A stretch of DNA of 41,636 nt from an uncultured Terriglobales bacterium. Its GTDB lineage: Bacteria > Acidobacteriota > Terriglobia > Terriglobales > Acidobacteriaceae. The notes under the pieces are model-generated. The model had not been told where the DNA came from and made no database searches. It saw only the letters and a list, made by a program, of their open reading frames with translations. The stretch lies in the NCBI GenBank assembly GCA_964424245.1, contig CAYRII010000001.1:1-41636 (forward strand), in the 5' to 3' direction. The position numbers and the translations under genes were made by a program. The stretch's first letter is position 1, and each line of letters opens with the position of its first letter. Shown one piece after another: positions 30,983 to 40,976 of the stretch.

Positions 30983-31777
30983 ATGCCGCGATACGAATAC
31001 CGCACGCTTGAGCCCCAAGCAGAGGCGAAAAAGAGCTTTCTGGAATGGCTGGACCGCCTGGATCGCGAATTCGCGAACCGTGACGCCGACCATCGCAGTG
31101 TGGTGGTGCGCGATGCGCTGCATGAACTCTACCTGGGCCGGCCTTATGCGCCCCCCGATCCCGCGCGGGACTCGCTGGCGCAGCAATCGCTGGTGCACTC
31201 CTTTGACCCGCGCAATGCCACGCTGGAGCCGGAATACTATGGCGACGTGGATGCGGCGCGCTACGCCGAGCGCAAGCCCTTGCTCTGGTTCTGGATGATG
31301 TTCGACCGCTCACCCGCGGGCCTGAATCACTGGCTGGGTTACCAACTGCGCGCCATGCTGGCAGGGCACGTCTTCAAGCACTGCGGAAAGAACGTGAAAA
31401 TCTTCCACGGCGTGGAAATCTCCTTCGGATACAACCTTACTGTGGAAGATGACTGCGTCATCCACAAGTACGTGCTGCTGGACGATCGCGGGGAGATCGT
31501 AATCCACGAGGGCAGTTCGATTTCCGACTACGTCAACATCTACTCGCACACGCATGACCTGAACGACGGCATGATCGTGACCAACCATCGCACGGAAATC
31601 GGGCCGCGCGCGCGCATCACCTACCATGCCACGGTGCTCAGCGGCGTGCGCGTGGGCGAACACGGCATTGTGGGCTCGGTGGGCGTGGCCACCAAGCATG
31701 TAGAGCCCTACCACGTCGTGGCCGGCATTCCCGCCCGCTCCGTCAAGGTCAAAGACATCGCGCCGGAAAAATCCTGA
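30983..31777 (+). CDS. Left-handed beta-helix (hexapeptide-repeat) acyltransferase with N-terminal extension
   Basis: The C-terminal half carries hexapeptide repeats (VKIFHGVEISFGYNLTVEDDCVIHKYVLLDDRGEIVIHEGSSISDYVNIYS...ITYHATVLSGVRVGEHGIVGSVGV). The first ~110 aa are not recognisable. Confidence 0.7.
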   Translation: MPRYEYRTLEPQAEAKKSFLEWLDRLDREFANRDADHRSVVVRDALHELYLGRPYAPPDPARDSLAQQSLVHSFDPRNATLEPEYYGDVDAARYAERKPLLWFWMMFDRSPAGLNHWLGYQLRAMLAGHVFKHCGKNVKIFHGVEISFGYNLTVEDDCVIHKYVLLDDRGEIVIHEGSSISDYVNIYSHTHDLNDGMIVTNHRTEIGPRARITYHATVLSGVRVGEHGIVGSVGVATKHVEPYHVVAGIPARSVKVKDIAPEKS

Positions 31778-31798
31778 CGAAAGCGCTGCGCGCGGAGC

Positions 31799-32503
31799 GT
31801 GATACCATCACGAGCCGGCATGAACCTGAGTCACGTCGATATCGTCTTCCAGGTCATCGTTTTTCTGTTCGCGATCAGCGTGCACGAATCAGCGCATGCC
31901 TGGACGGCGTGGCGGCTGGGCGATCCCACGGCACGCATGTTGGGGCGCGTGACGCTGAATCCGCTCAAGCACATTGATCCCGTCGGGACCGTGGTGCTGC
32001 CGCTGCTGGCGTTGATCTACCAGTTTCCCGTCATCGGCTGGGCCAAACCCGTGCCCGTGGATCCGCGCAACTTCCGCAACGAGATGCGGGACGACATTCT
32101 GACCTCGGTGGCGGGCCCTGCCAGCAATTTCCTGATCGCCACGGGGGCGGTGCTGAGCCTGGCCGCCATCGCCTTTCTCTCTCCCAACCTGGGCCGCGCG
32201 GTGGTACAGAACCTGGCCGCGGGCTATGCCACGCGCACCGACTCCCTGGTGATGCCGCTGGCGCTGCTTCTTTACCAGGGAATGCTGGTCAACGTGCTGC
32301 TGGGCGTGTTCAATTTGATTCCGGTGCCGCCGCTGGACGGCAGCCACGTGCTGCGCCATCTGCTTTCCGAGTCCGCGCGTCAGATCTATGACAACGTCGG
32401 AATGATCGGGCTGGTGGTGCTGTTTTTGTTTGGGGGACGGTTCCTGGGAGCGCTGATAACGCCCATGGTGGGGTTTTTCAATTCCCTGCTGCTTCGCCTG
32501 TGA
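31799..32503 (+). CDS. Site-2 protease family (M50) membrane metalloprotease
   Basis: It has the HExxH motif VHESAHAW and a second motif NLIPVPPLDGSHVL, with multiple TM segments. The start may be ATG 31820. Confidence 0.8.
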   Translation: MIPSRAGMNLSHVDIVFQVIVFLFAISVHESAHAWTAWRLGDPTARMLGRVTLNPLKHIDPVGTVVLPLLALIYQFPVIGWAKPVPVDPRNFRNEMRDDILTSVAGPASNFLIATGAVLSLAAIAFLSPNLGRAVVQNLAAGYATRTDSLVMPLALLLYQGMLVNVLLGVFNLIPVPPLDGSHVLRHLLSESARQIYDNVGMIGLVVLFLFGGRFLGALITPMVGFFNSLLLRL

Positions 32504-32570
32504 GCGAGATGACTCACGAGCGGCGGAAAATCCCCATCGCCGATTTGCCGATTCCACCTACAATGGTCTG

Positions 32571-33389
32571 GTGGCAGAAGCGCACCAACCCGCGCCGCCT
32601 CCGCCGGAGGAGACCAACGACTTTCCATTCGCGGTTACGATCGGCAAGGTGTACGACGGCCCGTTTGACCTGCTGCTCGACCTGATTCGCCGGCAGGACA
32701 TCAACATCTACGACATTCCCATCGCCCGCATCACGGCGCAGTACCTGTCCTACGTGGAACAGATGAAACAACTGGATGTGAACCTGGCGGCGGAGTTCAT
32801 TTACACGGCTTCGATGCTGATCCACATCAAGTCCAAGATGCTGTTGCCGCGCGACCCCAACGCGCCGGAAGGAATCGAGGAAGACCCGCGCGCGGAGCTG
32901 GTGCACCGCCTGCTGGAGCACGAGAAGTTCCGTAACGCGGCGCAGATGCTTTTGCAAAAGCAGCAGATCGAGAACGCCACCTGGTCCAACCCGGCACAAA
33001 AGGATTTTACCGACGCCGAAGGAACCGAACCCGAACTGGCCGCCGACGTGGTGGACCTGGTGCGCACCTTCCAGGTGATCCTGGAGCGGGCGCGCTCACA
33101 TCCTGTGCTGGAGGTGGATGAGGACACGGTCACGGTGACGCAGATGATCGACTACTTCCGCCAGCGGCTACTGCTGGAGGACCGCCCTCTGCGGCTGAAG
33201 CAGATCCTGCAGCACATGAACTCGCGGCGCACGCTGGTATGCGCGTTTCTGGCGCTGCTGGAGCTGGTGCGCCTGCAGGCCATCCTGCTGCGGCAGGACC
33301 GCCTCTTCAGCGACATTCTGGTAAAAAAGCACGCCATGTTCGACGCGGTGCTCGGCGAAACCGACCTGGTGCGCGACGACTGGAGATAG
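32571..33389 (+). CDS. scpA: Segregation and condensation protein A
   Basis: Motifs: YDGPFDLLLDLIRRQDINIYDIPIARITAQYLSYV and FIYTASMLIHIKSKMLLP. GTG start. Confidence 0.88.
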   Translation: MAEAHQPAPPPPEETNDFPFAVTIGKVYDGPFDLLLDLIRRQDINIYDIPIARITAQYLSYVEQMKQLDVNLAAEFIYTASMLIHIKSKMLLPRDPNAPEGIEEDPRAELVHRLLEHEKFRNAAQMLLQKQQIENATWSNPAQKDFTDAEGTEPELAADVVDLVRTFQVILERARSHPVLEVDEDTVTVTQMIDYFRQRLLLEDRPLRLKQILQHMNSRRTLVCAFLALLELVRLQAILLRQDRLFSDILVKKHAMFDAVLGETDLVRDDWR

Positions 33390-33401
33390 ATTGCTGCATC
33401 C

Positions 33402-34085
33402 ATGAGCCTGAAAGCCAAAATCGAAGCCATCATTTACGCCGCCGACGAGCCCGTGGGTGTGGACCAAATGCTGGCCGTCCTGAAAGAGCAGGAGCCCATG
33501 GGCACCGAGGACGGGCTGGCGCAGTTGAAGTCCGCGGTGCGCGCGGCGATTGACGAACTGGCCGCCGAGTATTCCTCCGGGGAGCGCGGCATGGAGATCC
33601 GCGCGGTGGCGGGCGGCTACCGCATGGCCACCAAGCCCGAATTTCATGATGCGGTGCGCGGGTTCGTCAAGAGCCTGAAACCGCCCATACGGCTCTCGCT
33701 GCCGGCGCTGGAAACGATTTCCGTCATTGCCTACAAGCAGCCCATCACGGTGCCCGAGATCAATGAGATTCGCGGCGTGGATTCCTCCGCGGTGATCGGC
33801 ACGCTGCTCGACCGCAAACTGATCACCACCGCAGGCCGCAAGGCGGTGATCGGGCGGCCGATTCTCTACCGCACGACCAAGGAATTCTTGCTGCGCTTCG
33901 GGCTGAGGGACGTAGGAGAACTGCCCAGCCTGAAGGAGTTCGAGGAAATCTCCGGACCATCCGCGCAGGGCGATTTGTTCGCCCAGCCAGCTGCAGTTCC
34001 TGACGCTACCGGGGTGCCCGACGCAGCGGCAGACGAAGCGGAGGCGCCCACGGAAGATGCTGCGGCTCTGGATTCTCAAGATTGA
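33402..34085 (+). CDS. scpB: Segregation and condensation protein B
   Basis: Motifs: IEAIIYAADEPV, GYRMATKPEF, LETISVIAYKQPITVPEINEIRGV, and GRKAVIGRPILYRTTKEFL. Confidence 0.88.
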   Translation: MSLKAKIEAIIYAADEPVGVDQMLAVLKEQEPMGTEDGLAQLKSAVRAAIDELAAEYSSGERGMEIRAVAGGYRMATKPEFHDAVRGFVKSLKPPIRLSLPALETISVIAYKQPITVPEINEIRGVDSSAVIGTLLDRKLITTAGRKAVIGRPILYRTTKEFLLRFGLRDVGELPSLKEFEEISGPSAQGDLFAQPAAVPDATGVPDAAADEAEAPTEDAAALDSQD

Positions 34086-34117
34086 CCGACCCTGCAATGG
34101 GATCGCGGCCGACATGA

Positions 34118-34146
34118 TTGACTCGACTTGTGGTCTCGCTTACCAT
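34118..34146 (+). promoter_or_regulatory. Sigma70-type promoter for the Ser/Thr kinase gene (very short leader)
   Basis: TTGACT (34118-34123), a 17-nt spacer, then TACCAT (34141-34146). ATG 34158 lies 11 nt downstream, with no SD. Confidence 0.35.
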
Positions 34147-34157
34147 GACCGTTCTTC

Positions 34158-36311
34158 ATGTCCACCACCTCTCTGAACATCGGGCAGACGGTTTCTCACT
34201 ATCGCATCACTGGGATGTTGGGCGCGGGCGGGATGGGCGTGGTGTATCGCGCCGAGGACCAGGCCCTGCGCCGGGAAGTGGCCCTGAAGTTCCTGCCCGG
34301 CGAAGTGGCCGCCGATCCAGCGGCGCGCAAGCGGCTGGTGAATGAGGCCCAAGCGGCCTCGCGCTTGAACCATCCCAATATCGCAACCGTCTTCGAGGTG
34401 CACGAGGGAGGGGACACTCCGTTCATCGCCATGGAACTGGTGAGCGGGCAAAGCCTGAAGGACATTCTGCTGCGGGGGCCCTTGCCGGCCTCCAGGGTGC
34501 TGGAAGTGGCGCGCCAGATCGCCGAGGGACTGCACGAAGCCCACCAGGCCGGGGTGCTGCACCACGACATCAAGCCGGGCAACATCGTGCTCGATGCCAA
34601 GGGCCGGGTGAAGGTCCTGGATTTTGGACTGGCCGTCTTCACCGCGCGGGAGACCGAGGAGACGGAAGAAGTCTTCATCACGCGCACGGCGACGACGGCG
34701 AGCGCCGGGGGCACGGCGCCCTACATGTCGCCGGAGCTGTTGCGCGGCTACGCGACGGACGCGCGCAGCGATATTTTTTCCTTTGGCGTGGTGCTGTTTG
34801 AGTGTTTCACCGGCCGGCGTCCGTTTCGCGGCGACACTCCCATTGACACGATGCACGCCATCCTGCACCAGCCCACTCCATCCCTTCGCGCCCTATGCCC
34901 TGAGCTTTCTCCGGGGTGGGAGGAGCTGCTGGAGCGCTGCCTGGCGAAGTTGCCGGAGCAGCGGTTCCGGAGCATGGCAGATGTTCTGGAGGGGATGCAG
35001 CGGATGTCCGATACTGCGGCGCCGGCGGCGGAGAAGTCCCTGGCCGTGCTGTATTTTGAAAATCCGGGCGGAGCCAAGGAAGACGAGTACTTCCGCGACG
35101 GCATCACGGAAGACATTATTACGGAACTGGCAAACATCAAGGAGCTGCGGGTGTTTTCGCGCTCTGCGGTGCTGGCGTATCGGGACAAGTCTGTTGCCGC
35201 GCCGCAAGTCGGACGTGAGCTGAATGCCGCGTTTGTGATGGAAGGGAGCCTGCGGCGCGCCGGCAACCGCCTCCGCCTGACCGCGCAACTGGTTGACGTG
35301 CGCACGGGGCTCTCCATGTGGGCGAAGCGCTACGACCGGCAACTCGAAGACATCTTCGCCATCCAGGACGAGATCGCGCAGAGCATCGCCCAGGCGCTGC
35401 AACTGGTGCTCAGCGAAAAAGAGAAGAAGGCCATCGTCAAAGCGCCCACGGCGGACGTGCAGGCCTATGACTTTTATCTGCGGGGGCGGCAGTTTTTCTA
35501 TCAGTGGAACCGCAAGGGCCTGGAATTCGCGCGGCAGATGTTCGCCCGCGCCGCGGTGATTGACCCCGCCTACGCGCGCGCCTACTCCGGCGTGGCCGAT
35601 TGCTGCACCGTGCTCTACCAGTACTACGAAGCCAGCGACGCCAACCTGAAGGAAGCTGATGCGGCCAGCCGCAAGGCTTTGGAACTGGATGCGGACCTGG
35701 CGGAGGCCCACGTTTCCCGCGGCATGGCCGTGGCCCTGAACAAGCGCTACGAGGAAGCGGGGGCGGAGTTCGAAAGCGCCATCCGCCTGAACCCCAGACT
35801 TTTCGAGGCGTACTACTTTTACGGACGGGCAAAGTTCAGCGAAGGAAAACTGGAAGAAGCGGCGCCGCTCTTCAAGCAGGCTTCGGCAGTGAATCCCGAT
35901 GACTATCAGAGCATCGCGCTGTACGCCATGGCGGTGACCAGCCTGGGCCGCTCCGCGGAGGCCGACGCAGCGTACAAACAAACCATGCAGATCATCGAAA
36001 AACATCTGCAATTGCACCCGGACGATGCGCGCGCCCTTTACCTGGGAGCCATCTGCCTGTCGAAACTGGGCAAGCCCGCGCAAAGCTTTGAGTGGGGACA
36101 ACGGGCGCTCTCCATGGATCCCGAAGACCCCGGCCTGCTCTACAACGTGGCTTGCGTGTACGCCCTTCTGGACAGGACGGAGGACGCCATCGATTGCCTG
36201 GAGAAGGCCGTCAGCCTGGGTTTCGGACACAAAGGATGGATCCAGAACGACTCCGACCTCGTTTCGCTGCACAGCCACCCCCGCTTCCAGGCCCTGCTGC
36301 AAGGTCTCTAA
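34158..36311 (+). CDS. Ser/Thr protein kinase fused to a soluble regulatory domain and TPR repeats
   Basis: Kinase motifs: GAGGMGVVY, VALKFL, HHDIKPGNIVL, DFGLA, APYMSPE. These are followed by LAVLYFEN...DGITEDIITELANIKELRVFSR and then multiple TPRs. I see no TM segment. Confidence 0.88.
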   Translation: MSTTSLNIGQTVSHYRITGMLGAGGMGVVYRAEDQALRREVALKFLPGEVAADPAARKRLVNEAQAASRLNHPNIATVFEVHEGGDTPFIAMELVSGQSLKDILLRGPLPASRVLEVARQIAEGLHEAHQAGVLHHDIKPGNIVLDAKGRVKVLDFGLAVFTARETEETEEVFITRTATTASAGGTAPYMSPELLRGYATDARSDIFSFGVVLFECFTGRRPFRGDTPIDTMHAILHQPTPSLRALCPELSPGWEELLERCLAKLPEQRFRSMADVLEGMQRMSDTAAPAAEKSLAVLYFENPGGAKEDEYFRDGITEDIITELANIKELRVFSRSAVLAYRDKSVAAPQVGRELNAAFVMEGSLRRAGNRLRLTAQLVDVRTGLSMWAKRYDRQLEDIFAIQDEIAQSIAQALQLVLSEKEKKAIVKAPTADVQAYDFYLRGRQFFYQWNRKGLEFARQMFARAAVIDPAYARAYSGVADCCTVLYQYYEASDANLKEADAASRKALELDADLAEAHVSRGMAVALNKRYEEAGAEFESAIRLNPRLFEAYYFYGRAKFSEGKLEEAAPLFKQASAVNPDDYQSIALYAMAVTSLGRSAEADAAYKQTMQIIEKHLQLHPDDARALYLGAICLSKLGKPAQSFEWGQRALSMDPEDPGLLYNVACVYALLDRTEDAIDCLEKAVSLGFGHKGWIQNDSDLVSLHSHPRFQALLQGL

Positions 36312-36384
36312 GGTCAACCGCACCTGCTTTCCGCCGCGCGGATTCACGCTGCCTCATCCTACGTGTGATACAAAGAGAACCGGC

Positions 36385-37224
36385 ATGCCAGCCGCCCGCC
36401 TGCAGAAGATCATCGCCGCCGCAGGGATTGCCTCGCGGCGCAAGGCCGAGGAGTTGATTGCATCCGGCCGCGTCACGGTGAACGGCCAGGCGGTGACCGA
36501 GCTGGGCACAAAAGCCGATCTGGAGAAGGACCACATCCGCGTGGACGGCCGCCTGCTCAAGGCCCCGGAACGCTTCGTTTACCTCATGCTGAACAAGCCG
36601 AAGGGCTACGTGACGACGGTTTCCGACCCTGAAGGCCGCCCCACGGTGATGGACCTGGTGCGCGGGGTGAGCGCGCGGGTCTATCCGGTGGGACGGCTGG
36701 ACTATCTGAGCGAAGGACTGTTGCTGCTGACTAACGACGGCGAGCTGGCACATCGCCTGACGCGTGCCGCCTCGCACATACCCAAGACCTACGTGGTCAA
36801 GGTGAGCGGCCGGCCGAGCGAGCAGGCCATCGCCAAGCTGCGCGCCGGAGTGCGCATCGGCGGAGCGACGGATCCGGCAGGCGCGCGGGCGCGGCTGCCG
36901 CGGGTGACCACGGCGCCGGCCGAGATCCGCCTGGCGCGCGATGCCCAGAATCCCTGGTACGAAGTGACGCTGATTGAAGGCCGCAACCGGCAGATCCGGC
37001 GCATGTTCGAGCAGGTGGGCCACCACGTGGAAAAAATCCGGCGGGTGCGCTACGGCGCGCTGGCCCTGGACGTGCCTCCGGGCGTCTGCCGGAGGCTGGC
37101 GCCTGAGGAGGTGGCGAGCCTGAAGGGATCGGGCCGGGTTCCGCGCGCCAAAGCAGTGCCGCAGCGCGCCTCGCGCCCGCGACTGCGACCCGCTGCTCGT
37201 GGTACAAAAGATCGAGCCCGATGA
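36385..37224 (+). CDS. rluB: Pseudouridine synthase, RsuA/RluB family
   Basis: S4 domain RLQKIIAAAGIASRRKAEELIASGRVTVNG; catalytic GRLDYLSEGLLLLTNDG; NRQIRRMF. I rejected the track start at 36025 because it overlaps the kinase. Confidence 0.85.
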   Translation: MPAARLQKIIAAAGIASRRKAEELIASGRVTVNGQAVTELGTKADLEKDHIRVDGRLLKAPERFVYLMLNKPKGYVTTVSDPEGRPTVMDLVRGVSARVYPVGRLDYLSEGLLLLTNDGELAHRLTRAASHIPKTYVVKVSGRPSEQAIAKLRAGVRIGGATDPAGARARLPRVTTAPAEIRLARDAQNPWYEVTLIEGRNRQIRRMFEQVGHHVEKIRRVRYGALALDVPPGVCRRLAPEEVASLKGSGRVPRAKAVPQRASRPRLRPAARGTKDRAR

Positions 37225-38348
37225 GCCGATTCGACGACCTGGTTCCCGAACACATCCGAGCCCTCTCGCTGTATTCGCCGGGAAAGCCCATCCGACAGGC
37301 TGAGCGCGAGAGCGGCGTGCGCTGCATCAAGCTTTCCTCGAATGAAAACCCTCTGGGCCCGTCGCCCCTGGCGTTAAAGGCCATGCGTGAGGCGGCCGAC
37401 CGGGTGCATTTTTATCCCGATAACGACGCCTCGGAGCTGCGGCAACAATTGGCAACGCGGCACAACGTGCCGCCGGAGCAGATACTGGTCACCGACGGCT
37501 CCACGGCGCTGCTGGATATTCTGGCGCGCACGCTGCTGGGGCCGGGACACAACGCGGTGACCAGCGCGCGCTCTTTTATTGTCTATCCCATCGTCACGTG
37601 CGCCACCGGGGCGCGGCTGATCGAGGTCCCGATGCGCGACGACGCGTATGACCTCGATGCCATCGCCAAAGCCATCAACCGCGAGACGCGCCTGGTCTTT
37701 CTGGCCAATCCCAATAACCCCACGGGAACCATGTTCGACGCGGCGGCCACAGACGCCTTCCTGGCGCGCATGCCTGATCACGTCCTGGTGGCCCTGGACG
37801 AGGCGTATTGCGATTACGCCTCGGACTTCGCCCGGCGGCACGGCATGGAATACTCCCACTCGCTGGACTACGTGCGCGCGGGACGAAACGTCGTGGTGCT
37901 GCGCACGTTTTCCAAGGCGCACGGACTGGCGGGCATGCGCGTGGGCTATGGACTGGGCCCCGCCGGACTTCTGCAGCACCTGGCGCGCGTGCGCACGGCC
38001 TTTTCCGTCTCCGCGCTGGCCGAGGCGGCAGCGCTGGCGGCGCTCGGAGACGAGGCCCACGTGCAGCGCGCCATTGAAAGCAATGCCGCCGGCGTGGCGT
38101 GGCTCCTGGAAAAGTTCCGGGAGATGGACGTGCGCGCCGTTCCCACGTCCGCGAACTTCATCTACTTTGAGGCCGGGGAAGACGCGGCCACGCTGGCGCG
38201 ACGCATCCAGGCCGAAGGCGTGATCGTGCGCCCGCTGAACGCCTGGGGGGCGCCGACCGCCCTGCGCGTGACCGTGGGCACTCCGGAACAGAATGAGCTC
38301 TTCGTGAGCGCGCTGCGAAAGACGCTGGCCCGGGCGGCGGTGCGCTAG
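37221..38348 (+). CDS. hisC: Histidinol-phosphate aminotransferase
   Basis: Motifs: LSSNENPLGPSP; NPNNPTG; FSKAHGLAGMRVGY (PLP lysine). The start overlaps the rluB stop (ATGA). Confidence 0.88.
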   Translation: MSRFDDLVPEHIRALSLYSPGKPIRQAERESGVRCIKLSSNENPLGPSPLALKAMREAADRVHFYPDNDASELRQQLATRHNVPPEQILVTDGSTALLDILARTLLGPGHNAVTSARSFIVYPIVTCATGARLIEVPMRDDAYDLDAIAKAINRETRLVFLANPNNPTGTMFDAAATDAFLARMPDHVLVALDEAYCDYASDFARRHGMEYSHSLDYVRAGRNVVVLRTFSKAHGLAGMRVGYGLGPAGLLQHLARVRTAFSVSALAEAAALAALGDEAHVQRAIESNAAGVAWLLEKFREMDVRAVPTSANFIYFEAGEDAATLARRIQAEGVIVRPLNAWGAPTALRVTVGTPEQNELFVSALRKTLARAAVR

Positions 38349-38353
38349 GACGG

Positions 38354-38752
38354 TCAGTACACCGGCCAGACACCCGGAGTGGCCAACTCCAGCAGGTGGC
38401 CGTCGGGATCGCGGAAATAGAGGCTGGCGCCCCCGCGCTCCCATCGCTTCTTTTCCTCCACGACAATGCCGTGTGCGGCGAGCCTTTGCTCCCAAGCCTC
38501 CAGTTCTGCTGCTGCAATGGAGAAAGCGAGGTGCTGGCTGCCCGTGGAATCGTGATCGGGAGAAGCGCCGCGCCTGAACAAAAGCAGCAGGTTGGGCCCC
38601 GGGGCGATCATCGGAATCAGGCGCTGCGGCTCGAAGATCTCCATGCGCTGCAACCCGAGCACTTCTTCGTAAAAGCGCGAGGATCGGTCCAGGTCCTCCA
38701 CGTAAAGGCAGGTTTCGAGGATTCCGGCGATCCGAGGCGTGGTCAATGCCAT
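38354..38752 (-). CDS. VOC-family (glyoxalase/dioxygenase fold) protein
   Basis: Motifs: ILETCLYVEDLDRSSRFYEEVLGL, HLAFSI, LYFRDPDGHLLEL. Confidence 0.75.
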   Translation of the reverse strand: MALTTPRIAGILETCLYVEDLDRSSRFYEEVLGLQRMEIFEPQRLIPMIAPGPNLLLLFRRGASPDHDSTGSQHLAFSIAAAELEAWEQRLAAHGIVVEEKKRWERGGASLYFRDPDGHLLELATPGVWPVY

Positions 38753-38808
38753 GATTGGCGTTCTCCGACTGAAGGTGGCGGGCGCAGCTCCGCTTCGCAG
38801 GCAGGCCG

Positions 38809-39822
38809 CTACCGCCGCGCCGTCTGGTGAATCTGGTGTTCCTCGGCGAGCAGCGCCACGCGCGCGGCGCCGATCAGTCCCGCGTCGCTGCCCAATTGGG
38901 CGCGGGTGATGTGCGTGCGTCGCCGGGACGCTGCCTCGGTGCCCGGCGCAGTGGCCACGTACACGAAGGAGCGCTTCCGGACCTCTTCGAACATGGAGGG
39001 AGCAAAAGCGTCCCAGGCGCCCGACACACCGCCTCCAATTACGTACATGGAAAGATTCAGGGCGTTGACCAGCCCGGCCACCACCACGCCGAGCATGAGG
39101 CCAACCTGGTGAAAGATTTCCTGCGCACTGCGATCGCCTTGCTGGGCGAGCGCGAACACGTCTTGCGCGCTGAATGCCCGGTCGTTTGCCAGCCGGGCAA
39201 GCTCCGGTGAGCCGTCGGCAAGGGCCCGTTCACGGGCCATGCGCTGGATGGCGGTGGCTGAGGCGTACTGCTCAACGCATCCGCGGTTGCCGCAGCCGCA
39301 GGGCGCGCCGTCGGGCACCACGGTGATGTGCCCCAGTTCGCCAGCCATGCCCGTCATGCCATGCCAGATGCGGCCCTGCAGCACGATCCCGCCTCCCACG
39401 CCGGTGCCCAGGGTGATCATGCACAGATCCTGAGAGCCGCGTCCGGCTCCCATCCAGAATTCGCCCTGGGCGGCGCAGTTGGCGTCGTTTTCCAGCAGCA
39501 CGCGTGATCCCAGCCGGCGCTCGATTTCGTCGCGCACGGGGTAATCGTGCCAGCCGGGAAGGTTGGGCGACTCGCGCAGCATACCGCTTTCGAGATCGAT
39601 GATGCCGGGAATGCCAACGCCGATGCCGGCCAGGGCTGCCGCGGCGTTGTGGCGTGCCGCCACTTCCTGAATGGCAACGCACATTTCGGCGATGACGGCG
39701 TCGCGGCCGCGCGCCACCGCGGTTCCCGTAGTGACCTTCTCCAGCACCCGGCCCTGCTCTCCTACGGCGGCAATGCGCAGGTTGGTGCCGCCGAGGTCTA
39801 CGCCGATGGCGAACGCTGGCAT
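38809..39822 (-). CDS. ROK-family sugar kinase (probable glucokinase)
   Basis: Motifs: AIGVDLGGTNLRIAAV; LGTGVGGGIV; CGCGNRGCVEQY (ROK zinc motif). I prefer ATG 39822 over TTG 39861. Confidence 0.82.
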   Translation of the reverse strand: MPAFAIGVDLGGTNLRIAAVGEQGRVLEKVTTGTAVARGRDAVIAEMCVAIQEVAARHNAAAALAGIGVGIPGIIDLESGMLRESPNLPGWHDYPVRDEIERRLGSRVLLENDANCAAQGEFWMGAGRGSQDLCMITLGTGVGGGIVLQGRIWHGMTGMAGELGHITVVPDGAPCGCGNRGCVEQYASATAIQRMARERALADGSPELARLANDRAFSAQDVFALAQQGDRSAQEIFHQVGLMLGVVVAGLVNALNLSMYVIGGGVSGAWDAFAPSMFEEVRKRSFVYVATAPGTEAASRRRTHITRAQLGSDAGLIGAARVALLAEEHQIHQTARR

Positions 39823-39880
39823 GGCGTAAGAGTTTAGACGATGAAGGGCCGGGGCTGACAATCAGAAGGAGAGACTTCGA

Positions 39881-40759
39881 CTATCGCTGGCAGCGCGGAC
39901 AGTAGTGCGTGCCGCGGCCGGCCACTAGAACGCGCTTGACGACAGCACCACACACCAGGCACGGTTCGCCGTCGCGCTGGTAGACGCGGTGCTCGAACTG
40001 GAACAGCCCCTGGTCGCCGTCGGCGTTGACGTAGTCCGCGACCGAAGAGCCGCCGGCGGCGATGGCCGCGTTCAGCACCTGCCGCAAGGCGCGGCGCAGG
40101 CGGCGCAGCTCGTCCCGGGTCAGCGAGGCCGCGCGACGGCGAGGGCGAATGCCAGCGCGAAACAGTGACTCGTCGGCGTAGATGTTGCCGACTCCGCGGA
40201 GAAGCTTCTGATTCAGCAGCGCGCTCTTGATTGGTGTTTTTCGCTTGCGGAAGAGGCCGGCGAACCTTTCGAAGTCTACGTCCAGCGGCTCGCTGCCGGT
40301 GGCGAGGCCGGCATCGCCTCCCGTAACGGAAAGGCGGCCGAAGCGGCGCGGATCCACGAAGCGCAACTCGCGTCCGGAAGCCAGCCGCACGATGGCATGC
40401 GTATGCGGCTCCACCGGCGCCTCGGGAGCGGACACCAGCAATCGGCCGGTCATCCCGAGGTGGACAACCCATTGACGTTGTGTGCGGGACTCGGCGGCGG
40501 CAGGGCGTACCCTGGCAGCGGGGCCATGTCCGCGCGCGGCACGAGCACTTCCCTTGCCCGCCTCGAGGTCGAAGACGATTTGCTTGCCCACGCGGCGCAC
40601 AGCGATGATGCGGCTGCGTTGCAGGGCGGCGGCAATCTCCGGCGCCAGCGACTTCAGGGGCTCGGGCTTCTCGCCCAGCCAAACGGACACAATGGCATCA
40701 CCCGCGACGCGGCGGGCCAGCGCGCGGACAATGGTTTCGACCTCGGGAAGCTCAGGCAT
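39881..40759 (-). CDS. mutM: Formamidopyrimidine-DNA glycosylase (Fpg/MutM) with an internal insertion
   Basis: MPELPEVETIVRAL; HLGMTGRL; DPRRFG; GVGNIYADESLF; and a C-terminal zinc finger (CLVCG...YCPRCQ). The start is at the MPELPEV methionine (40759). Confidence 0.88.
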   Translation of the reverse strand: MPELPEVETIVRALARRVAGDAIVSVWLGEKPEPLKSLAPEIAAALQRSRIIAVRRVGKQIVFDLEAGKGSARAARGHGPAARVRPAAAESRTQRQWVVHLGMTGRLLVSAPEAPVEPHTHAIVRLASGRELRFVDPRRFGRLSVTGGDAGLATGSEPLDVDFERFAGLFRKRKTPIKSALLNQKLLRGVGNIYADESLFRAGIRPRRRAASLTRDELRRLRRALRQVLNAAIAAGGSSVADYVNADGDQGLFQFEHRVYQRDGEPCLVCGAVVKRVLVAGRGTHYCPRCQR

Positions 40760-40976
40760 GCTTTCAACCGCCCCCACAAGGGGCGCGCCACGATTCTCGC
40801 ACGAGCGCGGAGAGTAGCGCTTGGCCGGACGCTTGCCGTTGGTTTATCATCCTTGGCGACACATCCTCTTCCGTCCGCTTTCCTTTGCAACTCACCCTGG
40901 CACCAACTTGACGGCAGGGAGTGTGCGAATCGGGAGAACCGGCTCCGCCACCGGAACCAGGCCATAGGAACAGTAG

